Shown: positions 40,046 through 52,617 of the stretch, one piece after another
Layout of the letters: each line of letters opens with the position of its first letter
How positions within the stretch are numbered: position 1 is the stretch's first letter
Source: Octopus vulgaris
Lineage: Eukaryota
Assembly: GCA_951406725.2 (NCBI GenBank)
Contig: OX597814.1
Coordinates: 14,508,001 to 14,572,000, forward strand
Direction of reading: 5' to 3'
Length of the DNA stretch: 64,000 nucleotides
Translations under genes and position numbers: made by a program
Notes under the pieces: generated by a model
The model's database searches: none
The model's input: the letters and a program-made list of their open reading frames with translations, nothing else
Told to the model about the DNA's origin: nothing

Positions 40046-40243
40046 ATAGGAGAGGAAAAATTATAAAAAAACAGAAAACTAAATTGAAGGTAAATTTTAA
40101 TAAAAAATGGGTGAATGGAAAATTTTAAAAATAATAATAATAGCCGGTTTGAGTTATTATTTTTTAATTTTCCTTATACCCATTTTTATTAAAATTTACC
40201 TTCAATTTAGTTTTCTGTTTTTTTATAATTTTTCCTCTCCTAT
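40046..40243. repeat. Fold-back element (~90-bp arms) without a recognisable HHR
   Basis: ataggagaggaaaaattat... versus ...ataatttttcctctcctat. The right arm runs into (TA)n. Confidence 0.9.
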
Positions 40244-40977
40244 ATATATATATATATATATATATTTATTTTTATTAGTGGAATAACCCGTCGTCGCAGA
40301 GCAATTTATATAATAAGATATCTTATATAATTTTTTGTTTATTCCATATCATAACATGCCTTCCCTGACAGATCGGCCTCTTGATCAGGACAGATCTGTG
40401 CAATTTTTCTCCAAAAGACGCCATTGACGATTTTTTCCTTCTTAAATTATTTCCATGTTTATTTAATCGTTTCACATATTTTATTCATTAAAACTTATTT
40501 AAACTTCAGACGATCTTACAGCTTTGATCGTAGTAATGCTTTGCTTTCATTTGTTTAATACAAATTACTCCCCCTAATGATTTTGCTTTCATTTTGTGAT
40601 AGACAGCTATCATGCCAGCTACCAAAATCTGTTTTCTTATTTGGTAAAAATGATCAAAATTTAAACCTAAGTAACATCACTCTGCAATTGTTATGGAACA
40701 AATATAAAGCAAAATCGGATTTTACGCGGAAAATCCCAAATTTGAAAATGTTGACGTAATTTCAATCTCGCAATATGTGAAAGTAACAGGAAAGACTGAC
40801 AGAGAGACTGCTAGTTATAGGACGTGACACACACACCCAGACACACTCACAGAAACACACAGACACACACATTGACATACGTACACACAGATAATCACGA
40901 GTTTAAAATGGTGTATAGAGGGCATATGTATGTACGTATATATGTATTTATACACACACACACACACACACAATATA

Positions 40978-41013
<36 letters not shown>

Positions 41014-41499
41014 TGTATGTATGTATGTATGTATGTGAGTCTGTGTCTGTATGCGAGTGTTTCTTTGCGATGGCTAGCAGAAAAGCCACCTACCCCTCTC
41101 TCCTTACACCCACCTTTTCATCTTCCCGGGCGTTTTAAAAGTTACCTATGTGCCTCTGTGTGTGTGTGTACGCATGTATCTATGTATTTACGAAAGTATG
41201 TATGCAGCGTCACGTGTATATGACAGCTCTATTAACGTTGTATCCCGTTGCTAATCCATATCTGTCGCTTAGACAACGATGATTGCCCTTATATGATACC
41301 AGTGGCCCTCGTTCTGTTACCATATTGCTTCGCATTACTACTCTTTACACCCTTCTTATTTTATCGTATAATTAGCCCAACCTCACTATGGGGCATATTG
41401 TAGTCTTTTATTGAAATGTAATCAGCCTATAATTGGACTGGGTGTTAGTTAAACATGTAGGCAAAGTTTGCTGACAGACATATATATATATATATATAC

Positions 41500-41800
41500 T
41501 ACAGGGTCGGGCTCAAAATCATGAGGTAGTGAGTTAGATTCCCGCACGAGGCTGTCTGTTGTATTCTTTAGCTAGACTGTTTTTTCGCATCGCTTTAGTT
41601 CAAATGTGTAGCAATAAGTTGCTACGTCACTGGTATCAAGCTGTAACAGCCCTTGCTTTTCCCTTCGATAACATCGGTGCCGTGGAGGGAGTACAATGAT
41701 ATGATTAGTCGACAACTTGTCTTCCAGAAACAATTTTGCCCAGATTTATGTCCCGGAAGGGAACTTTCAAGGTGCATCTCATGGTCATTCATGACTGAAG
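41500..41800 (+). mobile_element. Degenerate tRNA-derived SINE of another family
   Basis: tRNA-like segment gggctcaaaatcatgaggtagtgagttagattccc; inserted in (TA)n. Confidence 0.45.
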
Positions 41801-41808
41801 AGATATAA

Positions 41809-41881
<73 letters not shown>

Positions 41882-43560
41882 TACATATATAAATATCTAC
41901 ATATATTAATATAAATATACATATATATATATATTTCTATGTATAAATATATATATTTATACATATATATATATATATATATATACACATACAAACATAC
42001 ATTCGTACATACAGTACATATACACACAGTGGATAAAAAATACTTGGGTTTATTCGTTGGACTAAAACCCTTCAGTTCAATGACTAATACAAGTAAAAGC
42101 TAAAAATCATAACACACACGTGTCTGTGTTTATACATATACATACATACATACATACCAATGTACAGACTTTGTTATTATAATTGAATGAAGTTGCAAAT
42201 GATTCGGTTACAGTGCATCTTTTGCCGATAAAAATAGTAAAATATTTAGGTATATAGTTCTACAATACCTTCACAATTTAATATAAATATTAATAGCTTC
42301 TGCACAGTTTCCAGCAGCAGAACATCATTCATATAAAATTATCTATTTCCAAGGTTAATACAGCATTCTCTGATTAGCCATCGGAGTCGTGGAGAGAGGA
42401 CATCTGAACAGGGAAAGAATCTGTAGGCTTTTCTTTCTCTAGTTCGTTCTTTCTTTTTACTGTTGCTATAAATAACAGCTACCCGAATCCTTCAAAACGT
42501 TAGACAACTTAATTGAAGGCCTTGCAGGGTCGCCTCTTCCAAGTTGCGCAGAATTCATACTATAACCGATTCCAAAAGGCTTGAGATTTTCATATGAAGC
42601 ACACACAATAACTACAACACAGGCAGTCTTCAGAGACGCAACATCTGCCAATAAAACTTTTTATGCACCTTAACACTAGAGAACTGAATAAGTTTGTACA
42701 ATCGATGGACGAATCTTTATTCTTTTCATAGCTGGGTTTTGTTTTCTGATTTTCATTATGGATTATATATTAAACATTACATTGCTTTGTATTTGAATGA
42801 ACACCGTGTTTTAGCCAACATAATTTAATTCTCCAATCATCGAGTTATCGATCTCTGTATGCTTACACAAGACATACTGAATAGAAAAACTGTCCTGAAT
42901 AAAACTGAAAGGTACGTCTAGAAGTCTTGGAATAATCAATCAATATCATGACAAAATAAATTCCACTCATTGTTCTTTCATTTGTATTAACCGTTGTATA
43001 ATTTAGATTTAACAACTAATCAATGAGATAGAGAATTAACCATGTTCAATATAATGATTTCTTCTATTGGTAGAAAGCGACAAATTTATGTGTTTTGGGA
43101 TGCATAGACAATTGAATTAACTGTACAGTATCGGAACATATTTTATGGATTTATGGGAGATGAACAGTATTTTCTCTCCCAAGGGATCTGAATTCGTGGT
43201 GTTATTACATGTAACTTATAAGAAGCTTACTACAAAACCGATTGTCCTACCATTCCATTTATCCTGTATCCCATAGTTTATTTATTGGATAAATGGACGT
43301 AAACACACCACCAAACCACAAATGACGTCGTCAGTCAATAGAGTGCATTCTCTTCTGCGTAGTTTCTCTTTATCAGCTACATATATCGAACAGTAATAGT
43401 GTGTTTACACCCGTATTGCTTATAAAGTTCTTTCGAAAAAATTTCTGCAGCGTATTGTATTCCAATATCCGACTGTAATTGAGCATGTTAAATATGTATG
43501 TACGTAACTATATCTCATTCAACGTTACATAGTGCAAACCCCAGATATGAATGTATGTCT

Positions 43561-43595
<35 letters not shown>

Positions 43596-43660
43596 AACAG
43601 TCATACATCAAAAGAAAATGAGAGACAGAATAGATAGATGATTACTCTGCAAAGTTTATC

Positions 43661-43892
43661 TCTTTCTTTACTACCCACAAGGGGCTCAACACAGAGAGGA
43701 GAAACAATGACAGACAAACAGATTAAGTCGATTATATCGACCCCAGTACGTAACTGGTACTTATTTAATCGACCCCGAAAGGATGAAAGGCAGAGTCGAC
43801 CTCGGCGGAATTTGAACTCAGAACGTAGCGACAGACGAAATACCGATAAGCATTTCGCCCGGCGTGCTAACGATTCTGCCAGCTCGCCGCCT
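43661..43892 (-). mobile_element. SINE family B monomer with 13-bp TSD
   Basis: TSD tgcaaagtttatc at 43648-43660 and 43893-43905. Confidence 0.9.
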
Positions 43893-44867
43893 TGCAAAGT
43901 TTATCACGCAGCGCTACCGCTTGTACCCGTTTACAAGTAAATAGAATGCAGAGACTCTGAGACAATGTACCTTTCTCAAGGCTACAACGAATTTACGTTG
44001 CATTTCCGCTTGCACAATCCACGATGAGTTGCTTGATGGTATTTTGTAACCATATTGGTCAGAGGAACGTTTACTTGAGAGAGTCGTTTCAGGTAGTGAC
44101 TTTAAACAAAGCCCTATAAAGCCCTATGATTATAAGGTTTGCACTCACAGAATATTGGTGTTGGAGATGATTTTACCACGTGCTACAACGCGTACATATT
44201 CATCCTATCTAATTAGAAAAGTTCACCATCAATGCATCGAGCTCGTCGAATCCAGTTGGCCACATCCTCCACTTTCTTCTTTATTGCTTCAGCCCATCAT
44301 ATTATATTCAATAACGCATGTATCAGTGACATATATCGACACACTACATAGGAAGAACCAATTGTAGACATTCTTTATAACTATACAATCTGCCAAAGTT
44401 CAATTGATAGACAACAAAGCCAAATCTAGATTAACTTCCAGATCCTACTTACTATACTATTCTTCACCTTAAAAACAATAGCTCCCAGATATAGAGACAA
44501 TTTTAACATAATCATTTAAGGGCAATCACGAGATAATTACATAATCTCCTAATTTATTTCAGGCATTCCGGAGGACTAAAATTAAGTTCTCATGCAAAGA
44601 TTATATACAGCCAAAATAATTTCTGACACCCCAATTTATGTAGCTAAGATTAATGTAAATCAAAATTAACTCAATGTTATACGTACTCACAATTGAAACG
44701 TTTTCTCTTTTCTCGAGATATCTCATGAACTACAAGCAGCCATGTTTGCTATTTCCTATACAATTTGTTCAATTGATAAAGCGATTAACCTTCATTTTCC
44801 AAAAAGAAAAACACCCTTGTATATACAATTTAATATATTATAATATGGCATAATACAATGCAACATA

Positions 44868-45073
44868 CAGATCTATATTTAAGAGATGAGGAACTATGTA
44901 CATTAATTACATTATTTAAAATTGACGGATATTTTTCCTGATCTTGTTTGTTGTTAACACAATGTTTCGGCTGATATATCCTCCAGCCTTCATTAGGTTT
45001 CTTCGGGAAATTTCTAACCTGGGTCCTCATTCCTAAGGTATTTTTCCGAAGTTGTTACTATTGCTATTATAAT

Positions 45074-45143
<70 letters not shown>

Positions 45144-45224
45144 CAGATCACTGCCTGCAATCGAACTCGGAATCTTGGAGATAGTAGCCCGCGCTCACAA
45201 CCGTTACGCCATATGCCCACGGGC

Positions 45225-45226
<2 letters not shown>
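44868..45226 (-). mobile_element. Composite SINE: tRNA-like head + microsatellite + HHR-containing tail
   Basis: Head 45226-45144 (A box tggcgtaacgg, B-box-like gagttcgattgc), then (ACT)n. HHR 45001-44956: gaaac-ctaatga-a-ggctg..cagcc-gaaa-ca-tt-gtgtt. Tail to 44868. Confidence 0.75.
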
Positions 45227-45291
<65 letters not shown>

Positions 45292-46069
45292 GATAATAAC
45301 GATAATAATATGTTCTCACTTGATTCATATATAATATATATGTATATATATTATATATGATTGAATGAAGAAAAAAAAACATGATTAAATGAAGAAAAGA
45401 AAATATCGTCAGAGTAAAGAAAACAATATGGTTTGGGTAGCATACACATTGCGCTCATACCTAATGTGTTTTTACCAAAGTCGCTGATATAACACTGATG
45501 CAATATTAAATTTAATATATTTCATAAATTGTATAATGATAATTTCGCAAGTATCTGCAGGTTAATTGAAGATGTGCCAATTGTATTATTATGCAATAAA
45601 GCATGTATGCTCAAACCAGTTTCTCTTGTTTATACTTTTGTAAATAGCCCACGGATATTCAGGGAATTCCGGATGTATTTAGAATAATGCGCACGGTTTG
45701 TGCTGTAAAAGCGTTAGTAGTTAATATCTGTACATCTACAAGGTTCATAGCCAAATTGAATTTATGTATGAATATAATGTGTCCGTGTATGTATGTGTAT
45801 GAGTGTGTTTGTGTCTATCTGTGTGTGTGTGTGTGTATGTGTGTGAATGTGATGTGATACATATGTATGTGGGTGTGTTTTTGCGTATGATTTTGCGTGT
45901 GTGAAATTTGAAGACTCAGTCAACTTTACAATATATTTGGCAGTATTCTCATTATTGAGTCCTATGAGTAAATGTACCGTTTTTATTCATAAACTTGCCT
46001 GAATATAACAATACTTTATTAATTGCCATTTATGAATACGTAGAGTAACGCAAACACACACACATTATA

Positions 46070-46465
46070 TCTTTATATATAAAAGTGAAGTTGTGTGTCT
46101 GTCTCCTACGATTTAGATTCCTAACTACTCCCACATTTTGCGCTGCAGTGTAACCAAAAGTGGGTATCTTATAGTCGTGATTCATATCGAGCCCTTCTGG
46201 GTATTAGCGCGCGTCTACGATGCGTCTACGATTTAAAAAAAAAATTACCATCATTTTTTCCCATTTTTAATGCATTCTTTTGCTATTATATAAGGGAAGT
46301 AACTCTCTAAAACTGTATTATTAAATCTCAGAACGTAAAAAGCTACAGTAACACCCCCCCTTTGTGGTTAGCCATATTGAGATGGCTATTATACTTTACA
46401 TCTCTAAAAATGCTTATATAGTTATTTCCCTTACAAACCCGAGCAACGCCGGGCGATACTGCTAG
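46070..46465 (+). mobile_element. Non-autonomous Helitron
   Basis: A|TCttt... start, 3' hairpin at 46438-46453, CTAG|T end. Confidence 0.85.
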
Positions 46466-46577
46466 TTATATATAAGTGACTTTACTGCATGGCACATATC
46501 GAAGCGGCATACACGGAATATAAAACGCTTTCATACTTCTAACAGTCAAATATATAAGTATATATATACATGTATAG

Positions 46578-46733
46578 GGACAGGCATGGATGGATCGTAA
46601 GAAGCTTGCTTCCTAATCACATGGTTCCGGGTTCAATCCCACTGACTGGCATCTTTGGCAAGTGTCTTCTACTGGGCCGATGATAGCTTTGTGAGTGGAT
46701 TTGGAAGACGGAAACTAAAAATAACTCGTCGTA

Positions 46734-46768
<35 letters not shown>

Positions 46769-46995
46769 CTCCGTGTCTTCATTTGTTCCACCGCCACTGC
46801 TTGACAACCGGTGTCGATGTATTTTCGTCCCCCTAACGTAGCGGTTCGGCAAAAAGCACCGAGAGAATAAGTTCCAGGCTTAAAAAGAGATAAATCTCGG
46901 GGGTCAATTTATTCGACTAAAACACTTCAAAGTGGTGCCCCAGCATTGCCGCAGTCAGTCAGTTAAGTGAGTGAAACAAGTAAAAGGTAAAAAGA
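46578..46995 (+). mobile_element. SINE family C, diverged
   Basis: catggttccgggttcaatcccactg..ggcaagtgtcttctact..ggtgccccagcattgccgcagtc. Confidence 0.8.
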
Positions 46996-47045
46996 TGATA
47001 GAGACGTGTTTTGTGTTCTATTTATCTTTTCATACTACCATACTA

Positions 47046-47085
<40 letters not shown>

Positions 47086-47087
<2 letters not shown>

Positions 47088-47308
47088 TTTAAGAAACACA
47101 CAAAAGCCGTTCGATTCACTTCAACATTTAAGTTTAATTTGTCAAAATATTTTCGTCACTAAAATCCGCGACCTGTTCACTGACAAAAATCCGTGCTGCA
47201 TCTCTTTTTGTCAGTGAACAGGTCGCGGATTTTAGCGACGAAAATATTTTGACAAATTAAACTTAAATGTTGAAGTGAATCGAACGGCTTTTGTGTGTTT
47301 CTTAAATG
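47086..47308. repeat. Fold-back element, 104-bp arms, 15-nt spacer, between (TA)n tracts
   Basis: 47086-47189 versus 47205-47308, one difference. Unique tail to ~47393. Confidence 0.95.
47207..47256 (+). ncRNA. Variant type I hammerhead (G3-C8 core)
   Basis: tttgtca-GTGAACA-g-gtcgc ggatttta gcgac-GAAA-atat-TT-tgacaaa. Confidence 0.65.
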
Positions 47309-47391
47309 GCTTATAAACACCTTCCACGCTGCAATTGTTTTCGTTTCAGCACACGATCTCAGATCAAATTACTTGCTATGCGAGTACATCT

Positions 47392-47441
<50 letters not shown>

Positions 47442-48029
47442 ATCTCCCCCCTCTCTCTGTCTCCCTCCTTCTACATTGTTCTGTGTGTGCGTGTGCGAGG
47501 TGTAATGAAGTATGGATATATATCTGTACACAAATATGCATCCTGAATTGATAAAGCATACCCAAATAGGACACAATGTAATTTGTGCACAAATAATTTC
47601 AGAATATATATTTATAACGTGTTGACATGTCAACCCATTATGACAGTATAGAAATAGTATGTTATAAAGCTTGATTTTCGTCAGATATTTTCTCGTTCAT
47701 TTTTTTCTTTTTCTGCTCCCTCTCGATCAATTTTTGTTTGTATCATGATCTTTACCTAGATATTTTGTATATATTTTTTTCATTTCGTTTCAATATTTAC
47801 GCCTGTAATATGATATTAATATTTGTCATTCTCAATATGTTTACATTATTATTTCTTTAAAAAAATAAAAATCTATATATATTCAAATATGATGAAAATG
47901 AATTCAGAGTCAAAAAATATTTTGGTACATTCTTATATGTTTGTGTGTATGCGTATTTACGTGTATGTGAGGAGTAAATATATATACGCACACACATTCA
48001 TATATATGTACGCATATATGTGTGTGCAT

Positions 48030-48090
<61 letters not shown>

Positions 48091-48122
48091 CGTGTGAGTT
48101 AGTATAAATATGTGTGTGTATG

Positions 48123-48426
48123 TGTGGAGGTGCAATGGCCCAGTGGTTAGGGCAGCGGACTCGTGGTCGTAGGATCGCAGTTTCGATTCCCAGACCGGGC
48201 GTTTTGAGTCTTTATTGAGCGAAAACACTAAACGCTCCACGAGGCTCCGGCAGGGGGTAGTGGTGATCCCTACTGTACTCTTTCGTCACTACTTTCTCTC
48301 ACTCTTTCTTCTGCATGCCTGCTCTGTTAGCCAGCAGAGTGGCGTCATTTGTAGACTAAAACAATGGGAAGCGCATTGTGACCAGCGATGTGTAGCAACA
48401 TCTGATAGCCAGGTTGGTCACGTGAT

Positions 48427-48433
<7 letters not shown>
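48123..48433 (+). mobile_element. SINE family D, tail type 2
   Basis: Same head as 37496 up to ctttctctcactct, then a different tail (gcctgctctgttagccagc...gtcacgtgatcacgtga). Confidence 0.85.
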
Positions 48434-48472
<39 letters not shown>

Positions 48473-48934
48473 ATTCTAAGCTTATTCAATTCTAAGCTCG
48501 TATGTTCGATTTCCAGGCGGCGGAGTGTGTTGCAAATGTGAACAATGAACGTCATTTTCCAATGTTCCACTTCACTCATCTGAATACTGAGCGCAGTTGT
48601 AGACATATTGCAATCCTCTCCTTTTTCAACTGTCACCTTCCTAATACTCCATATCTGATTTCGCTTACGATTACATGGGCACCTTTTGCGAAAATTTAGT
48701 TCCAAATCATCTTTGATGTCGAAGTCCCAAACATATTACCAACTCATCTTGAGTATCGAGTAACTGCTGTAAGCGTTACCTATGTAACATTAAACATATT
48801 TCTACACAAAAATATAGAGGAAACTTTTATGTTTCACAGCTTTCTAACATGTAATATTTCCTTTAGTTTTCTGTGTCCGAAAAGAATACATATATGTATA
48901 GTATATATTTCTTTTTTTCTTTTTTCTTTTTCCT

Positions 48935-49321
48935 TGTTTCAGTCATTTTGACTGCGGCCATGCTGGAGCACCGCCTTTAGTCGAGCAACTCGACTCCGGG
49001 ACTTATTCTTTGTAAGCCCAGTATTTATTCTATCGGTCTCTTTTGCCGAACCGCTAAGTGACGGGGACATAAACACACCAGCATCGGTTGTCAAACAATG
49101 CTGCAGGGACAAACACAGACGCACAAACATACACACATACATATATATACATATATATGACGGGCTTCCTTCAGTTTCCGTCTACCAAATCCACTCACAA
49201 GGCTTTGGTCGGCCCGAGGCTATAGTAGAAGACACTTGCCCAAGGTGCAACGCAGTGGGACTGAACCCGGAACCATGTGGTTGGTAAGCAAGCTACTTAC
49301 CACACGGCCACTCCTGCGCCT
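48935..49321 (-). mobile_element. SINE family C, full length
   Basis: Near-identical to the 10875-11710 units. Confidence 0.9.
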
Positions 49322-49760
49322 ATATATATATATTTATTAAAAAGGCTGACGGTAAATTCCTCCCAGCATTTAAGAGTTTCATTTCCCACCAACCCTCCTA
49401 TACTGCCTACTCTCCACATTTAAACATTCAACTTTTAACCTTCTCTGCATCATGATCTAATATGTAAGTTTTTTTCCACCCTGATGATGTAGGTTCTATC
49501 CATCCAACGATTATTTGTTCCAATACAGCCGACATATTGTGGGGAACTACATCTACCAACAACATGGTGGATCTCCGAGGCCTCAGAAATAGCTGTTGAA
49601 CTAATAATACCTTACCACTTCCCCTTTAATTTTCTCTGTCTTTGCACTCTGTGTAAGTTTGATCTATTAATATAAACAGTTGTATATCTATACTTAGATA
49701 TTCATCGTCTGAAAATGTTCAGTCTTTGCTTTGTTTCTGTTTGCATTTATACACACACGT

Positions 49761-49818
<58 letters not shown>

Positions 49819-50997
49819 ATATTTTATACCAAACCCAAGCTTCAATATTTAAATTGCTTATCCGCATAGATACATGCATTTAATTTGTTTCCCTCTCTAT
49901 ATATATGTATGTAAATATATACACCTATATATATATATGTGTGTGTGTGAGTGTATGTGGGGGGGGGGGGATTCGATTTAGGTATTGCTCTTAAGTATCT
50001 AACCTATGAAACGTTATACTCAAATAAATCATGATATCATAATGCTGTTGCAGTTGTCGTACTATCTGATATTTTCTGGTTTTAATTAATAACTCTTAAA
50101 AACAGAAACATATTTAATATCCCTTAACCTTAAAATAAGGATCAATATTGCTAACGATCGCCATTTCATTAGAAAATGTTGACCAATTTTCTATAATTTC
50201 GAAAAACAAATTTTGTTTGCATATTTTTATCTTTTAAACGCGCATTTTCCTTTTGTGTATTCCGGACCCTCTTATTCGTTTTCATATGTAAAACAATGGG
50301 CAATAAACGAGCTATTTTTACAATATTTCCTGACGTTAAGTTTCTATTACTTTACTAATCGAAATTTGATAAAACTACAGAAACTTGCAACAAAATATTA
50401 TTCTTTTGTAGTGTATCAACAGCACTTACATTGTTTGATGAATGTAGATATGCTAATGTAATCACATATCAAACAAGACTTGTATTGGCAATGGTGGCTT
50501 TTGATATCTCCCTCGGGGTTTTATAATCATGCCGTTACTATGATTACTTAGTGGAATAGATTACAACATTAGCACCACAATTGGGATTTAGTGCCCCTAA
50601 ACATAAACCATAACTTTTACTTGAGAGGTTTGAAACCGATAGAAAGTTCCGGCAAAAAAAAATAAATAAATGCCAGCGTTTTCAGTGTCTTACAACTTTT
50701 GTACATTGTGGTAATCTCACTGCTGCCTGCGGATCCGAAATGTGAAGTTAGGTCTCAAATGGAAATTTGGAAGTTTCCGCTTCAAATTAAATATACATGT
50801 GTGTGTGTCTGTGTGCCTGTGTCTGTGTGTTTGTGTGTGTGTGAGTGTTTGACATGTATGAATGTATTTATCTATCCGTAGAGATAGACAGACTGTCAGG
50901 TTACATTTTGTACAGATCTTCTAAATTTGTCTATATGTATGTATCGATAGATTGATTGATTGATAGATAGATAGATATACTTTTACTAGTTTATATA

Positions 50998-51046
<49 letters not shown>

Positions 51047-51084
51047 GTATATATAGTGTGTGTGTGTGTGTGTGTGTATTATTT

Positions 51085-51565
51085 TACAAGTTTCAGCTCA
51101 TGAGTTGCAGACATGCCGGTGTACTGCCGTTAGTTTTACTACACTTTCACTACTTCAGGCCTGCTTTGCTATGTGGCATTTTCTAAATGAGAGAATTTGA
51201 TGTTGTGACCCTCATCTGCGTTCCGTGCCGCGAGATACGTTCATGTGGATTTCTTGACAGGAGGGGATCCAGTTTTGTTCTAAATACACTTACCCAATGT
51301 ACGTCTTACAATTACCCCATGTAGGACTTACAGTCTCTTTAGAAGGATATCGAAAGATCGTGGGCTCTTGAAATCCAAGCTATTGCGATATCTGATCCTC
51401 TATCTTGTTAGTGATGTTCGGATCTTTGACAGCATGCAGTGGCACCTCGTTGCTGGTCGAGTAAATTTCAATGCCAAAATGTGCTACAGTAATTACAAGG
51501 AATTTTCCCAATACATTCTAGAGAGTACAGTCTTATCTTTTTCAACCTTCCCTAGCAGCTGACAT
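51085..51565 (-). mobile_element. 3' end of a CR1-like LINE
   Basis: Minus-strand fragments RLKKIRLYSLE, YRNSLDFKSPRSFDILLK, FRTKLDPLLSR and MRVTTSNSLI, then a short 3' UTR. Confidence 0.75.
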
Positions 51566-52007
51566 CGCACAGAGATTATCTTCCTTATGTATTTTAAATC
51601 TTTATTGAAGGACCACGCAATATATTTGAGTGCGTCATTTATTTGACAGTAAGTCCAGGTTTCACCGCTTATTGTATGGGAATATGTATGTACAGTCTTA
51701 CTAATATATATATATTTATATATATGTTTTTGCTACTCTAAAATTTATTAACATATATATATATATGTTAATAAATTTCAGAGTAGCAAAAACATTTAGA
51801 AAAATTATTTGCTACCAGTGGTCTAGCGAGAAGAAAAAACTAGTCAATAGACTATATATTATGCATATAAAAATGCATTGTATATTTAAAGACATACCAG
51901 ATGGCCATAGCAGGACATCTGACTCGCTTAAAAGAGTAGTTAAAACTCCAAACCACTATTAGGAGTAATTTCGAAAGGGAATGAAAAATAAAAACATTAC
52001 CCCTCTA

Positions 52008-52087
52008 TTTCTTGTACCATGCATGGTTTCAAGCAATATTTAGTAATTTAAAATAATTTACACTGGCAAAGCTATCATCAGCAGAAA
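52008..52087 (-). ncRNA. Type I hammerhead ribozyme within a (TA)n-bounded element (51767-52194)
   Basis: Minus strand tttctg-CTGATGA-t agc..gct t-GAAA-ccatgcatgg-TA-caagaaa. Palindromic stem III, GUA site, one bulge in stem I. Confidence 0.75.
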
Positions 52088-52189
52088 AGATTAACATATG
52101 AAACGAGGCGATAAAGAACACGCTTCGTATTTACATGTTAAAATTTTTTCAAAATCCACCGTGCACGCGCGTTTTTATAGAGGGTAAAT

Positions 52190-52260
<71 letters not shown>

Positions 52261-52263
<3 letters not shown>

Positions 52264-52434
52264 ATGATCCTAGGATGGAATTTATAAATTTTCAAATGCC
52301 TCACTACGCGCGTTTCCAATCGCGTGACTTTTGGGGTTCACAGTTCGTATTCCTGGGATGATTACAGTCATGCTATCTGTGGAAATGCGCATAGCGATGC
52401 ATTAAATGTTTATAAATTCCATCCAAGGATTATT
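52261..52434. repeat. Diverged fold-back element (~57-bp arms) with HHR 3'-half remnants
   Basis: 52261-52318 versus 52380-52434. gaaa-tgcgca-ta on + and gaaa-cgcgcg-ta on -; the CUGANGA half is degenerate or absent. Confidence 0.75.
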
Positions 52435-52617
52435 GTTATTATTGTTATATTCATCCTGCATTACATTGGTAATACTTGATGTAACGATGTAACCTCCAGA
52501 AATTGGCTCGCTAGTCAGTATCATTGGACGGTCCCCAGCATAATGGAATAAGACCTTTATTTGCGTATACAAAACGTTTCCCCTAAACAAATTATATATA
52601 TATATATATATATTTCG

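Noticed and set aside
42466-42651. 61-aa minus ORF after a possible splice acceptor; also contains CTGAAGA
   Set aside because: No recognisable homology or supporting exons, and no HHR stems.
49475-49605. CTGATGA ... GAAA tagctg TT as a hammerhead
   Set aside because: Stem I does not pair; at best a decayed PLE-type remnant.
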